Virus record (IMG/VR): IMGVR_UViG_2548876962_000012
Reading direction: 5' to 3' (one strand)
DNA length: 31,871 nucleotides
DNA from: a virus
Lineage: Duplodnaviria > Heunggongvirae > Uroviricota > Caudoviricetes
Under the pieces are notes generated by a model. It had not been told where the DNA came from. It did no database searches and saw only the letters and a list, made by a program, of their open reading frames with translations. Positions 8,612-17,700 of this stretch are shown piece by piece. A program made the position numbers and the translations under genes. Position 1 is the first letter of the stretch; every line of letters begins with the position of its first letter.

Positions 8612-10861
8612 TTATACCTGCGCCACGTTATACCATGTCCCGTTAATGTATTTCTGCACCGGTCTGTAATATACGCCACCAATGTTATCGGCAGAGTTTG
8701 AGCCGGTATCCTGAACAATAATGCCGGTATATACGCAACCTGACGGAGCCTGATGCGTCCATGTAGTACCATTATTTGCTGGTTTATATGTAGATGCACC
8801 GCCCAGCCGCATGTCTCTCATATAACGTGAATCTGACTCAGTTTTGGTGTATGCACCAACATCTCCCGCTGAGGGTTTATGAGCAGTTGTATATAGTTGC
8901 GCCCATCCAGACCAGTTAGCATCTGTGGTATCTCGTCGGGAGCGAATATATGCCGGAGCATGAGCACCGCTGGTTCCACTCCAGCCAATAAGTAACTCAC
9001 CCTCTCCTACTGCGGTTACGCCAGTGAGATGAAGCACATTACCATAGGCTGTTGGGTAGCCATTGTTGTATGCCTCATACATCTGAACACCTGGTGTCCC
9101 CTTTACGCTCCCACCTAATGCAGTAACACGGTTTCTGGATACCAGTGTATTAATATTTATATCGGCAGAGCCATCAAATCTGACACCATTAATATTTCTT
9201 GCGTTCGCTAACTTCGTTGCTGTTGCAGCATTTCCTGAAAGGCTGGAAATAAATGGATGTGAACAGTAATAACCACGTCCATTTTTAAAATCCAGAATAG
9301 CCTGTGCGTTCGTGCTTTCTGTAGCGGGATTAGTTGCCCCCCACTTATATGTCGTCTGACCGACGACATAATCCTCTGTCGGAACAATAACCGTTAGCCC
9401 TTCCTCTGCAAGAATTTGTACAGGGAAAGCTCTGGCTTCAACATAAAAAACACTACATACATCATCATCTTTCAGGCTTGTAACAATGGAATGAATTGAA
9501 CGCTCATTAGTCTGATACGTCCAGAAATAACCTGCCGCATATGAACCACGATCAGTCCAGCCTCCGGGCATAACCATGCCATTAAACTCGCAGTTATTCA
9601 TTACATAATCGCTGTTATAACAACCAGTGGAAATAACGACGCGGGATGCCATTTCTCCTGAAAGGCTGGCAGCACGGCGAAAGATAACGGGATACCACTT
9701 CCCGGCAACGACATTTGCAGGGGCTGCAAACGAATACTTTCGCATTCCCTTTTTCTTATCCACTTCACCTTTGCTGTAAACATTAATGTTACTCAGGAAG
9801 CGTCCTTTATCAGGAATATCCGCACCGTTCTGATCTTTCTGAAGACGTTTTTCAGCATTGTCATAGGCAGACTTCACCGCTTTTGGTGTTGCGGCCAGCG
9901 TTTCAGAATCACTGTTGGTGGCGCTACTGAGCTGGACAAGCCCTTTTCGCGCCGTGGTGGCATCCTGTGCAGTGTATTTCCCGTTAGCAAGGTCATACGC
10001 GGCCTTTACCGCCTTTGGCGTTGCCGCAAGCATTTCAGAATCGCTGTTGGTGACGCTACTGAGCTGGACAAGACCTTTTCGCGCTGTGGTGGCGTCCTGT
10101 GCAGTGTATTTCCCGTTAGCAAGGTCATATGCTGCCTTTACCGCTTTCGGCGTTGCGGCGAGCGTTTCAGACGTGCTGTTAGTCGCACTACTGAGCTGAA
10201 CAAGGCCTTTTCGCGCGGTGGTAGCGTCCTGTGCGGTATATTTCCCGTTAGCAAGGTCATATGCGGCCTTAACCGCTTTCGGCGTTGCAGCCAGTGTTTC
10301 AGACGTGCTGTTGGTCGCACTGCTTAACTGAGTAAAACCTTTTGCGGTCAGCGAGGCGTCAGGGTGACGTCGTGACTGTTCATGTTCTGCAATTTTGTCA
10401 TCAACGTAATCCTGCGTTGCCATCACCGTTGTGGTGTCAATGGTCAGCTCCACTGAGGCCACACTGCTGACGATGATGACCATGCGGCAGGTCTGCGAAC
10501 GCCCTGAGCCTTCGGCAAGAGCTGGCTTATAACTTTCGGCCATGTTCGCCACGGCAATTAACGTTCCAGCATCATCGTACAGGCCAAGCTCACGCATCCA
10601 GAAACCGCCCACCTCCGGCGGAATAACCAGCTCTGCGATAATATAATTACTGTTTCGTTTGTCCTGGCTGATTTTGTTCAGCGCATGTCGCCAGACTTCG
10701 TGGATAAGCCCGGTCTGTCCGGCATCCGGGACAGGCAATTTACCACCGCCATCCCCGACGGCCATCGTGGTAATGTTGACCTTCCGCCCTCCCGGTGCGG
10801 TTGCCGCTGCCAGCTTTGCTGCACCGGCAGTGGTGATAACGGTTTTGAATTTTGTGCTCAT
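8612..10861 (-). CDS. H: Tail fibre protein gpH, 749 aa
   Basis: N-terminus MSTKFKTVITTAGAAKLAAA typical of P2-family H; four tandem 44-aa tail-fibre repeats; a variable C-terminal region. Confidence 0.9.
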   Translation of the reverse strand: MSTKFKTVITTAGAAKLAAATAPGGRKVNITTMAVGDGGGKLPVPDAGQTGLIHEVWRHALNKISQDKRNSNYIIAELVIPPEVGGFWMRELGLYDDAGTLIAVANMAESYKPALAEGSGRSQTCRMVIIVSSVASVELTIDTTTVMATQDYVDDKIAEHEQSRRHPDASLTAKGFTQLSSATNSTSETLAATPKAVKAAYDLANGKYTAQDATTARKGLVQLSSATNSTSETLAATPKAVKAAYDLANGKYTAQDATTARKGLVQLSSVTNSDSEMLAATPKAVKAAYDLANGKYTAQDATTARKGLVQLSSATNSDSETLAATPKAVKSAYDNAEKRLQKDQNGADIPDKGRFLSNINVYSKGEVDKKKGMRKYSFAAPANVVAGKWYPVIFRRAASLSGEMASRVVISTGCYNSDYVMNNCEFNGMVMPGGWTDRGSYAAGYFWTYQTNERSIHSIVTSLKDDDVCSVFYVEARAFPVQILAEEGLTVIVPTEDYVVGQTTYKWGATNPATESTNAQAILDFKNGRGYYCSHPFISSLSGNAATATKLANARNINGVRFDGSADININTLVSRNRVTALGGSVKGTPGVQMYEAYNNGYPTAYGNVLHLTGVTAVGEGELLIGWSGTSGAHAPAYIRSRRDTTDANWSGWAQLYTTAHKPSAGDVGAYTKTESDSRYMRDMRLGGASTYKPANNGTTWTHQAPSGCVYTGIIVQDTGSNSADNIGGVYYRPVQKYINGTWYNVAQV
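9850..10375. repeat. Four tandem 132-bp in-frame repeats inside gene H
   Basis: Period exactly 132 bp (landmark tttcaga at 9900, 10032, 10164, 10296); encoded 44-aa unit KGLVQLSSATNS(T/D)SETLAATPKAVKAAYDLANGKYTAQDATTAR. Confidence 0.85.
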
Positions 10862-10871
10862 TATTCCTCAC

Positions 10872-11402
10872 TTATCCGGGGTAAACCGTAATTACATCGC
10901 CGTCGTAAGCCACACCACCGGCGAACAGGTAGCCGGGAATGTCCCGGGTAATGTTCAGGCCAATAAGATGACGACTTGCAGGTTTGGCATCAGCAATAAG
11001 CCGTTCCATTTCCTGATACATTGCCTCTGTGATGCCACTTTCCAGTACACCAATATCAAGCCGGAAGGTGCCGGGCGGGTCACTGTTTTCCCACCACTCC
11101 GTCACGTTGATGAGATAGCCGAGCGGCTCCACCACGCGTCGGATTGCGCCGACAGTGCCTTTATGACAATGAATGAAATACGCATCGCGAATAACGGCGC
11201 GTTTTGTCGCTTCCGGCCACTTTTCATCCCACCTGTCGACCGAAAACGCCCACGCCAGCCACGGCAGCAGATTTGCCGGACAGGTGTCCGGGTTCCACAG
11301 CTCACGAATACTGACCGGCGTTTTTTCAATTTCCGCACAGGCTTTTGCGGCAGCAATTTCAAGCGGTGATGAGCCGGTCGGCAGCAGGCGCGAATCACTC
11401 AT
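10872..11402 (-). CDS. I: Baseplate assembly protein gpI, 176 aa
   Basis: 176-aa ORF between J and H; P2 I length and position. Confidence 0.85.
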   Translation of the reverse strand: MSDSRLLPTGSSPLEIAAAKACAEIEKTPVSIRELWNPDTCPANLLPWLAWAFSVDRWDEKWPEATKRAVIRDAYFIHCHKGTVGAIRRVVEPLGYLINVTEWWENSDPPGTFRLDIGVLESGITEAMYQEMERLIADAKPASRHLIGLNITRDIPGYLFAGGVAYDGDVITVYPG

Positions 11403-12303
11403 CCGAGCCTCCGGTCACGACGCGGTATTCGGTACAGAAAGACGCCTGCGTATTGTTGAGCACGATGTCGGCCAGTGGTGCGGCCAGCTCGACACGCTGC
11501 ACGCCTTCCACATGCAAAGCGGCATAAATGGCAGACAGACGGATGTCACGCCCCAGCCGGTGTTGTGCCGTGATGTACGCTTCCAGTTTTTTCACGGCAG
11601 CAGCGCGGATGGGTTCGCTTTCGGGGCCAGGGTAAAGGTAAAGCGTGGCGTTTATCTGGTATTCAACGATGGCGGCAGACTGCACGGTCACGCGGTCGGC
11701 CACTGGCCTGACGTCCTCGCCATTAAGGGCGTTACGCACCACAGCCAGCAGGTCTTCGGATGCGACACCGTTATTTTCACGTGACAGCACAGAGATGGTG
11801 ACACAGGCCGGAGACGGACTGGTGACAGAGATATCCGCGACACGCCCGTCGGCACTGCGGCCATGATACTGATAGGCTCCCACCGACCCGGCGACGCTTA
11901 AGCCTTCAAACGCCTGCTGAATACGCAGACGATAATCCGTGTCAGATTCCATCACTGCCGGTGTCGGCGGGATGGTCGAATCATCTGCCGGGGTGATAGT
12001 CAGGCGCGTGGTGTTGTAATTGGCACCAATCACATCAAGGTCATTACCGGCTGCACAGGCCAGCATCACCGCCCGTGCGGCCTCATTCACACGCTGACGC
12101 CAGATAAGCTCGCGATAAGCATTTTCCTCCAGCAGTTTGACGAGAGGCTCGGATTCCAGCGTCAGGGTACGGGCGACCGCCTCCTGCTGGTCTTCCGGGT
12201 AAAGGGAAATCAGTGTCGCCTTGCGTTCGGCAAGAATGGTTTCAAAGTCCAGCTCCTCGAGCACATCCGGTGCGGGTAGCTGGTTCAGGTCGATAATCGG
12301 CAT
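11395..12303 (-). CDS. J: Baseplate protein gpJ, 302 aa
   Basis: 302-aa ORF; P2 J length and position; overlaps the I start by 8 nt. Confidence 0.85.
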   Translation of the reverse strand: MPIIDLNQLPAPDVLEELDFETILAERKATLISLYPEDQQEAVARTLTLESEPLVKLLEENAYRELIWRQRVNEAARAVMLACAAGNDLDVIGANYNTTRLTITPADDSTIPPTPAVMESDTDYRLRIQQAFEGLSVAGSVGAYQYHGRSADGRVADISVTSPSPACVTISVLSRENNGVASEDLLAVVRNALNGEDVRPVADRVTVQSAAIVEYQINATLYLYPGPESEPIRAAAVKKLEAYITAQHRLGRDIRLSAIYAALHVEGVQRVELAAPLADIVLNNTQASFCTEYRVVTGGSDE

Positions 12304-12307
12304 GGTT

Positions 12308-12655
12308 TCAACTCACAGGGATGGTTAACGAAAGTGGCTGGCCGGTGTCGTTGTGCTGGCCGGTTAACGTGACCGTCATTCGCCCGTCAAAACTGCGCGC
12401 CGTGGTGACAGATGACAGGGTGACGCGGGGTTCCCATTTCAGTACCGCCATGTAACAGGCGACCTTAATCTGCAACTCAAGCGCCGGGGTCTGCGGCTGG
12501 TCAATCATTGACGCCAGCAACGAGCCGTAATCACGACGCATCACCCGTGAGCCGACCGGTGTGCGCAGGATATCGCCGATACTCTGGCTGATATGCTCAA
12601 GGTCAGTGACAGTCAGGCCATCACTGCGATTCATTCCGAGATAACGCGCTGTCAT
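12308..12655 (-). CDS. W: Baseplate wedge protein gpW, 115 aa
   Basis: 115-aa ORF; P2 W length; ATG start overlaps the V stop (ATGA). Confidence 0.85.
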   Translation of the reverse strand: MTARYLGMNRSDGLTVTDLEHISQSIGDILRTPVGSRVMRRDYGSLLASMIDQPQTPALELQIKVACYMAVLKWEPRVTLSSVTTARSFDGRMTVTLTGQHNDTGQPLSLTIPVS

Positions 12656-13293
12656 TTTGTCCCCTGTGTCCAGTTTTCTCCTGACTTAACACCACCGTGA
12701 CCGTGGTCATCCACCTGAACGCCGTTAGAAGTGAATTTCCCGTCGGTATGCTCGATGTTGCCGTGCATCTTCCCGCCCTTCTGCACTTCCAGCGTGCCGG
12801 TAGTCAGCTTGTTGGTGCAGACCACCTCCGGTGTGTCCAGGGTGATGCGAGTTGACGCTTTCACCATGACCACCGGCACCGTGGCGGTAACAGAATCAGA
12901 AGCCGTCACGCTGGCCGTTTTAATTCCGCTTGCCGTGAGCGCACTGGTTTCGGGTTCATACTCAATCACCGCCCCGTCAGGGAAACGGATGTACAGGGCA
13001 TCCGCCGACGCAGACGGCGCGGGGTTATCACCGGAATAAATCCCCGGCAGAACAAACGCCGTGTCGAGTTCGCCGCCCACGGACAGAATCAGCACCTGCT
13101 CCCCCACCGAAGGTGCCCACCATGTGCGTGAACGTCCGGCACGATGGGTCAGCCACTGAAGCCAGTCAGTGCACATGCCGCCGGTCTGCACACGGCAGCG
13201 ACCGGCTTTAAGGTTGGTTTCGACGACAAGGCCAGTACGAATCATGTTGCGCAGTGCGCGCGCGAGTTCCTGAATATTTGCGAGAGTGTTCAT
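12652..13293 (-). CDS. V: Baseplate spike protein gpV, about 213 aa
   Basis: Start assigned to the ATG at 13291-13293 (MNTLANIQELARAL); the longer track ORF begins at a TTG six codons upstream. Confidence 0.8.
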   Translation of the reverse strand: MNTLANIQELARALRNMIRTGLVVETNLKAGRCRVQTGGMCTDWLQWLTHRAGRSRTWWAPSVGEQVLILSVGGELDTAFVLPGIYSGDNPAPSASADALYIRFPDGAVIEYEPETSALTASGIKTASVTASDSVTATVPVVMVKASTRITLDTPEVVCTNKLTTGTLEVQKGGKMHGNIEHTDGKFTSNGVQVDDHGHGGVKSGENWTQGTK

Positions 13294-13376
13294 GCATGTG
13301 AGATTGCACAATATATAAAAGTTATGCTATCTGGATTCATTTGTAGAACCACCAGACAACATTCAAGGAGAGCGTA

Positions 13377-14162
13377 ATGGTCAGCTATAATGTGACTAAT
13401 GTGTGGGAGCTAATCGTCTTGTATCTTTTGGTCTTTGTAGTATTAGCATTTTTTAGCTTTGGTAAAAGTAACCTTATGAGGCTTATTGCACATTATTTCA
13501 AATTTGGATATTCAGATAAAAAATTAAAAAGACTGGACCGCGAGTGGCGCGACATTCAACTATTTAAAATAATTAACGGAATCAATGTATCAGGCATCAA
13601 AGATGTGAAAATGATACAGCAGGGGTTGATTGATGGAAAACTAAAAACATCGGATTTTTTCCTTACTCGCTTCTGGGGAGACATAACAGAACCGCCATGC
13701 ATCACAAAAACAATGAGTGCAGTCCTGGCCGGAATTCTTTATATTACCTTCGCATGTTGCATACACAACGAGCAATCTGCCATAGTAGAGGATGCCATAG
13801 CCATACCATATAAAAATATGATGTACCATGTTTATAATGACAAGGTTCTTTTGTTCTCCGACAATAAAACAGATAAGTTCTATAAAGCGTTTAGCATTGC
13901 CGATTGCAAGAGACTGCAGAACACTTTTGTAACAGACACACTTCCTGCAATCGCCTGCAATAAGCTCTTACAGCTAAACGAGGAGGACTCCGAATGGTTA
14001 AGTCAGGAGATTAAAGATAATAACAGCCACAGAAAAACATTATTAATAATATCCCTCGTCTATTTCACTTCAGGTCTGGTTATACTTCTGTCATATACAA
14101 AATTCCTTTACGCCAATAAAAAAGTTGTAGAATACAAATCATCAAATAAAAACCACTCATAA
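13377..14162 (+). CDS. Cargo membrane protein, three predicted TM helices, 261 aa (orf30 position, opposite strand)
   Basis: Very AT-rich ORF on the opposite strand to all flanking late genes; ATG with SD AAGGAG at 7-nt spacing; hydrophobic segments at the N-terminus, middle (MSAVLAGILYITFACCI) and C-terminus (LLIISLVYFTSGLVILLSY). Confidence 0.6.
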   Translation: MVSYNVTNVWELIVLYLLVFVVLAFFSFGKSNLMRLIAHYFKFGYSDKKLKRLDREWRDIQLFKIINGINVSGIKDVKMIQQGLIDGKLKTSDFFLTRFWGDITEPPCITKTMSAVLAGILYITFACCIHNEQSAIVEDAIAIPYKNMMYHVYNDKVLLFSDNKTDKFYKAFSIADCKRLQNTFVTDTLPAIACNKLLQLNEEDSEWLSQEIKDNNSHRKTLLIISLVYFTSGLVILLSYTKFLYANKKVVEYKSSNKNHS

Positions 14163-14168
14163 TTCTCT

Positions 14169-14203
14169 AAACATTGAGCGACCAGCACAGCCGCTCAATG
14201 TTT
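14169..14203. terminator. Hairpin between the convergent cargo membrane gene and gene S (possible bidirectional terminator)
   Basis: 12-bp perfect inverted repeat aaacattgagcg / cgctcaatgttt with an 11-nt loop, followed by TTTAATT on the plus strand. Confidence 0.45.
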
Positions 14204-14233
14204 AATTGCGCATCAGCCTCTGCCTAGATAAAA

Positions 14234-14686
14234 CTAACGCTCAAGGTGAGCCAGGATAATCTCTTCAATCATCTGCACATCCTCACCGGTAAAGCCGAGC
14301 AGAGGACGCGTCGGATAATCAATTTTCTTACCGTCTTTCCGGGTTTCTTCCGACAGACCGAACTGATGCACACTGGCGATTTTCGGTGACTTTCCGCCGT
14401 AAAACTCCATTGATGCCTGTTCCGGGCTGGCGCGGATATGCAAAAAACGACTGGTGATAAGTTTCGCAAACATTTTTCGCTTAACACGACCGGTCTTTTT
14501 TCTGGCGCTCTGCTGCTGGCGTGGTGCGTAGGGTGTGCCGTCCGGGGCTTTCTGTGCCATCACCCGGCGCTGCTGACTCTGCCGCAGATGTTTCGCCAGT
14601 TCGGTGCTCAGTCGCCGACGCCCTGATGGTGACAGTGATTCAATCAGCCCGGTCAGCCGGTCTTCAAAACGCTTAAACTCATTCAT
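14234..14686 (-). CDS. S: Tail completion protein gpS, 150 aa
   Basis: 150-aa ORF; P2 S length and position; overlaps the R stop. Confidence 0.85.
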   Translation of the reverse strand: MNEFKRFEDRLTGLIESLSPSGRRRLSTELAKHLRQSQQRRVMAQKAPDGTPYAPRQQQSARKKTGRVKRKMFAKLITSRFLHIRASPEQASMEFYGGKSPKIASVHQFGLSEETRKDGKKIDYPTRPLLGFTGEDVQMIEEIILAHLER

Positions 14687-15146
14687 CCCACTTGCTCACC
14701 AGTTCGCCATTGATATAAAGCTCCATCGGGCGGGTGACCGGCTCCGGCGGCGGAGGTTCCGGGATATTCTTCACATGCAGTGCGCCGTCCACCTCACTGA
14801 CCAGCGTGCGCTCGGTCAGCATCAGGCTGATGCTGATATCAAAGCTGCTGTCATTGTTGATGTCCGCATAAAACGTGAAGCCCTTTTTCTGGCCTTCGTC
14901 GGTGGTCATGATGTCGGGCTGATTTTCCCGCAGCCACGCCAGCACCGGCACGATGAGCAGGTCAAAATCACCGGTAAAGTCGGTCACAATGACATTGAGC
15001 GTGTAACGCTTTTCGAATGACAGCGACGTCGCCAGCGTGGAGGCAATACTCCCGTTATCCACGAATATCCGCAGCATCTCGGGACTGGTTTTCAGCACCG
15101 TGACGGCATCAGTCAGCGCCCTGCGCAGGCTGTCGGGTTTGAGCAT
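14679..15146 (-). CDS. R: Tail completion protein gpR, 155 aa
   Basis: 155-aa ORF; P2 R length and position. Confidence 0.85.
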   Translation of the reverse strand: MLKPDSLRRALTDAVTVLKTSPEMLRIFVDNGSIASTLATSLSFEKRYTLNVIVTDFTGDFDLLIVPVLAWLRENQPDIMTTDEGQKKGFTFYADINNDSSFDISISLMLTERTLVSEVDGALHVKNIPEPPPPEPVTRPMELYINGELVSKWDE

Positions 15147-15399
15147 CGTTTTCGTCCTGACAGTGTTTAATCATTTTTACCTGGCTGGCACAGCGTGCCA
15201 GCGCGTTCTCAAGCAGCCGGATATCGGCACTTAAATCGCCGTTCTTCTGCGGGTCACTGCCCGGCATCGGGCAAAGACTCACTTTCGGGCAGGCGTTGTG
15301 GACAATCACTGGCGTCTGCGCAGGCCGGGCGCTGGTGCAACCGGCGCACAGCATCAGGCAGGTCAGCACCGTACCAGCGGCGAAAATCTTCGTTTTCAT
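15109..15399 (-). CDS. lysC: LysC, Rz1-like outer-membrane lipoprotein spanin, 96 aa
   Basis: Starts MKTKIFAAGTVLTCLMLCAGCTS (signal peptide with lipobox-like LCAGC); lies in an alternate frame overlapping the 3' part of lysB and the start of R. Confidence 0.7.
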   Translation of the reverse strand: MKTKIFAAGTVLTCLMLCAGCTSARPAQTPVIVHNACPKVSLCPMPGSDPQKNGDLSADIRLLENALARCASQVKMIKHCQDENDAQTRQPAQGAD

Positions 15400-15679
15400 T
15401 GAGTAACCTCGTGATGGTTTTCTCGCGCTGTGCTTCACGCTTCGCGGCGTTCTCCAGTTCCTGACGCAGTGCCACCTGCGCCAGCTCGTTTTTGTCTGCC
15501 CTGGTGATGGCAACATGAAGCTGATTTTTCAGCATGGTGATGGTCGTCTGCTGTTCACTGGCGACGTTATTCGCCCTGTCCAGCGAGGCGCGCAGGCTGG
15601 CATTTTTGTGTTTCACCAGAAACAGACCGGCCACCGCCAGCGATAACAACACGACCAGCACAATCATCAGCTTTGACAT
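15254..15679 (-). CDS. lysB: LysB, Rz-like inner-membrane spanin, 141 aa
   Basis: N-terminal TM helix (LMIVLVVLLSLAVAGLFLV) followed by a coiled-coil region; 141 aa as in P2 LysB. Confidence 0.8.
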   Translation of the reverse strand: MSKLMIVLVVLLSLAVAGLFLVKHKNASLRASLDRANNVASEQQTTITMLKNQLHVAITRADKNELAQVALRQELENAAKREAQREKTITRLLNENEDFRRWYGADLPDAVRRLHQRPACADASDCPQRLPESESLPDAGQ

Positions 15680-16092
15680 AGTTCCCGCCCCTCAAGACGC
15701 TGACGACAGGCTTTACGTATCAGCCGGAAAAACAGCGACGCCACAAGATAAATCAGCGCGGTAAAAATCCACCCGGCAGCGACCAGCGAGATAAACGTCG
15801 CCACCATCACCACCAGAGCCGCCGCCCGTCTGCGCCACGGCACCGGCTGCAAAAACAGCGACGTGACAATCTTCACGGCCAGCGATTCCGGCGGCAGCTC
15901 CCGCCCGTAGAGTTCCAGCACATACTCCGTGGCATACACGCCGACACCACCGGCAACCACACAGATAACCGTCGCCAGAATCGCCCAGGTGGCGACAAAA
16001 CTGACGGCCACGCTCTGCGGGTAAATCAGGGACAGTGCCAGCATCAGCGCCAGCGACACGTTCAGCATCAGTGAAAGGGATAATTTCTTCAT
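15667..16092 (-). CDS. lysA: LysA, lysis-timing membrane protein, 141 aa
   Basis: Multi-TM 141-aa ORF between K and lysB; P2 lysA length and position. Confidence 0.8.
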   Translation of the reverse strand: MKKLSLSLMLNVSLALMLALSLIYPQSVAVSFVATWAILATVICVVAGGVGVYATEYVLELYGRELPPESLAVKIVTSLFLQPVPWRRRAAALVVMVATFISLVAAGWIFTALIYLVASLFFRLIRKACRQRLEGRELCQS

Positions 16093-16106
16093 GGTGTTTA
16101 CTCCGT

Positions 16107-16604
16107 TTAAGCCGGTACGCCGCCGGCGGTACGCCAGACGGTGACCAGTTTTTCCAGTGAATGCTCACGCTGACCGTAACCGGCACCCGGCAGGGACGCC
16201 CAGATATTGCGACAGCGTGAAATGGCGCGCTCAATGCGTCCCGCCCGGATGTCATCCAGTGCACCGCGTTCGCGGATCAACTGAATGGCGAGCCTGTCCT
16301 GTGACAACGGACTGAAATCCGGCAGGGCAAGCTGTTTGCGGTAGTGCGGCCAGAACAGGTAAAGCTGCTGATAGCGACCGGAGGCCGTGGATTTTTCACC
16401 GCAACGGTTAAACACCTTCGCCGGTCGGCCATGCGCGAACGGGTGGTCACTGTAGTCGGTGAAAATTTCCGGCTTTCCGTCCAGTCCGGTGACTATCACG
16501 TCATAGCCCCGGTTTTTCGTCAGCGGATGATTCGCCGTCCCTTCGGACACGGCCAGCATGTCGAGAAAGGCGGCGATATTCTGATGCGTGTTAATTACCG
16601 GCAT
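16107..16604 (-). CDS. K: Endolysin gpK, 165 aa
   Basis: 165-aa ORF following the holin; P2 K length and position; start overlaps the holin stop (TAATG). Confidence 0.88.
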   Translation of the reverse strand: MPVINTHQNIAAFLDMLAVSEGTANHPLTKNRGYDVIVTGLDGKPEIFTDYSDHPFAHGRPAKVFNRCGEKSTASGRYQQLYLFWPHYRKQLALPDFSPLSQDRLAIQLIRERGALDDIRAGRIERAISRCRNIWASLPGAGYGQREHSLEKLVTVWRTAGGVPA

Positions 16605-16885
16605 TACGGTTTCCCCCTGCCCTTAAAGCGGCGCTGAATGGCAATCTCAATCACCTGATAACCGGCGATACCCAGCATGGAACCGATGCCGCACACCGCA
16701 GGCAGTGACAGGTCAGGAAACTGCACCAGAACAACACCGGCAACCATCGAGACAAAACCGCCGAGCAACATGCGCCCGATAAACAGACGCGGGGTGATGG
16801 GTTCACCACCGGCAAGCACCTTGCCGACAACAATCAGCACCCCAATCATGAAAAGCGACAGGACGCTTTTTTCTTCTGCTGTCAT
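16604..16885 (-). CDS. Y: Holin gpY, 93 aa
   Basis: 93-aa ORF with hydrophobic TM segments and a charged C-terminus, immediately upstream of the endolysin. Confidence 0.85.
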   Translation of the reverse strand: MTAEEKSVLSLFMIGVLIVVGKVLAGGEPITPRLFIGRMLLGGFVSMVAGVVLVQFPDLSLPAVCGIGSMLGIAGYQVIEIAIQRRFKGRGKP

Positions 16886-16888
16886 GCG

Positions 16889-17092
16889 TTACTCCCACAG
16901 ATTGACAGTTTCAGCCACGGGCGCGGTCTGAACGTCGGGCAGTTCGACGGCGGTGCCGTGTGGCAGCACCGCACCCAGTTCAGCCAGTCCCGGATTTGCG
17001 GCGAGCACGGTCTCAACCACGCCCTCAGTGCGCCCGTAATACCGGACACAAATGGCGTCGAGCGTGTCGCCCTGTAGCGCAAAGGTCTTCAT
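16889..17092 (-). CDS. X: Tail protein gpX, 67 aa
   Basis: ATG at 17090-17092 (MKTFALQGDTLDAICVRYYG); overlaps the L stop; the longer track ORF is an upstream extension. Confidence 0.8.
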   Translation of the reverse strand: MKTFALQGDTLDAICVRYYGRTEGVVETVLAANPGLAELGAVLPHGTAVELPDVQTAPVAETVNLWE

Positions 17093-17601
17093 CAGATTTG
17101 ACTCACGATGCAGCGCGGCTTGTCCTGGATACGCGCCACCGCCCAGCGCATATCCCGCCACAGTTCATCAATGGTGCTGTCAATGCTGTCGGCCTTCTTG
17201 TCGCCTTTCGCACTGGCATCCACGCCGCGATAACGCTCATAAAGCGACGCGGTCGCCATCGCACACACGGCGCGCTCGTAGTAAAAAACTTTGATGCTTT
17301 CACCGTCGATGTCGTCCGCCGGAACGTCCGCCAGACGCGTAAAACCGGCGGCAATTTTCTGTTCGCGGTACTCGTACAGCTCCGCATTCGTCTCCGCCAT
17401 GCCTGACTTGATGGCCTCACGCAGACGGGCGGGGGCGACGGTCTGCTCAAGGCGCATACGTTCCCGGACGCGCTTCGGGTCGATATCGGGAAAAAAGAAC
17501 GTGTTTTTAATCACCGGCTCGTCGCCTGCCGGTTGCGGGATGACCACCGTACCCTCACCGGATACAGGAGCCTCCTTTCGCGGAATAATCAGCGTCATCA
17601 T
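17092..17601 (-). CDS. L: Capsid completion protein gpL, 169 aa
   Basis: Start taken at MMTLIIPRKE (ATG 17599-17601), giving 169 aa as in P2 L. Confidence 0.85.
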   Translation of the reverse strand: MMTLIIPRKEAPVSGEGTVVIPQPAGDEPVIKNTFFFPDIDPKRVRERMRLEQTVAPARLREAIKSGMAETNAELYEYREQKIAAGFTRLADVPADDIDGESIKVFYYERAVCAMATASLYERYRGVDASAKGDKKADSIDSTIDELWRDMRWAVARIQDKPRCIVSQI

Positions 17602-17700
17602 GACTACCTCTGAAAAGTCGGGCGGTGGACGCCGGTGCAGTGTCAGGTGATTCACCCGCACTGACCGGCGTGCCGCACTGGCGCGGGGCGCATTCGGTTG

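Noticed and set aside
9850-10375. Possible CRISPR array suggested by regular repeats
   Set aside because: The repeats are 132 bp, contiguous with no spacers, in frame and coding within the tail fibre gene; this is not a CRISPR architecture.
8612-10861. Invertible tail-fibre segment (Mu gin / P1 cin style host-range switch)
   Set aside because: No site-specific invertase gene and no inverted-repeat-flanked alternative fibre C-terminus are present next to H and G.
15713-16264. 183-aa ORF overlapping lysA and K
   Set aside because: Alternate-frame overlap of two well-supported lysis genes; Arg/Gly/Ala-rich shadow translation.
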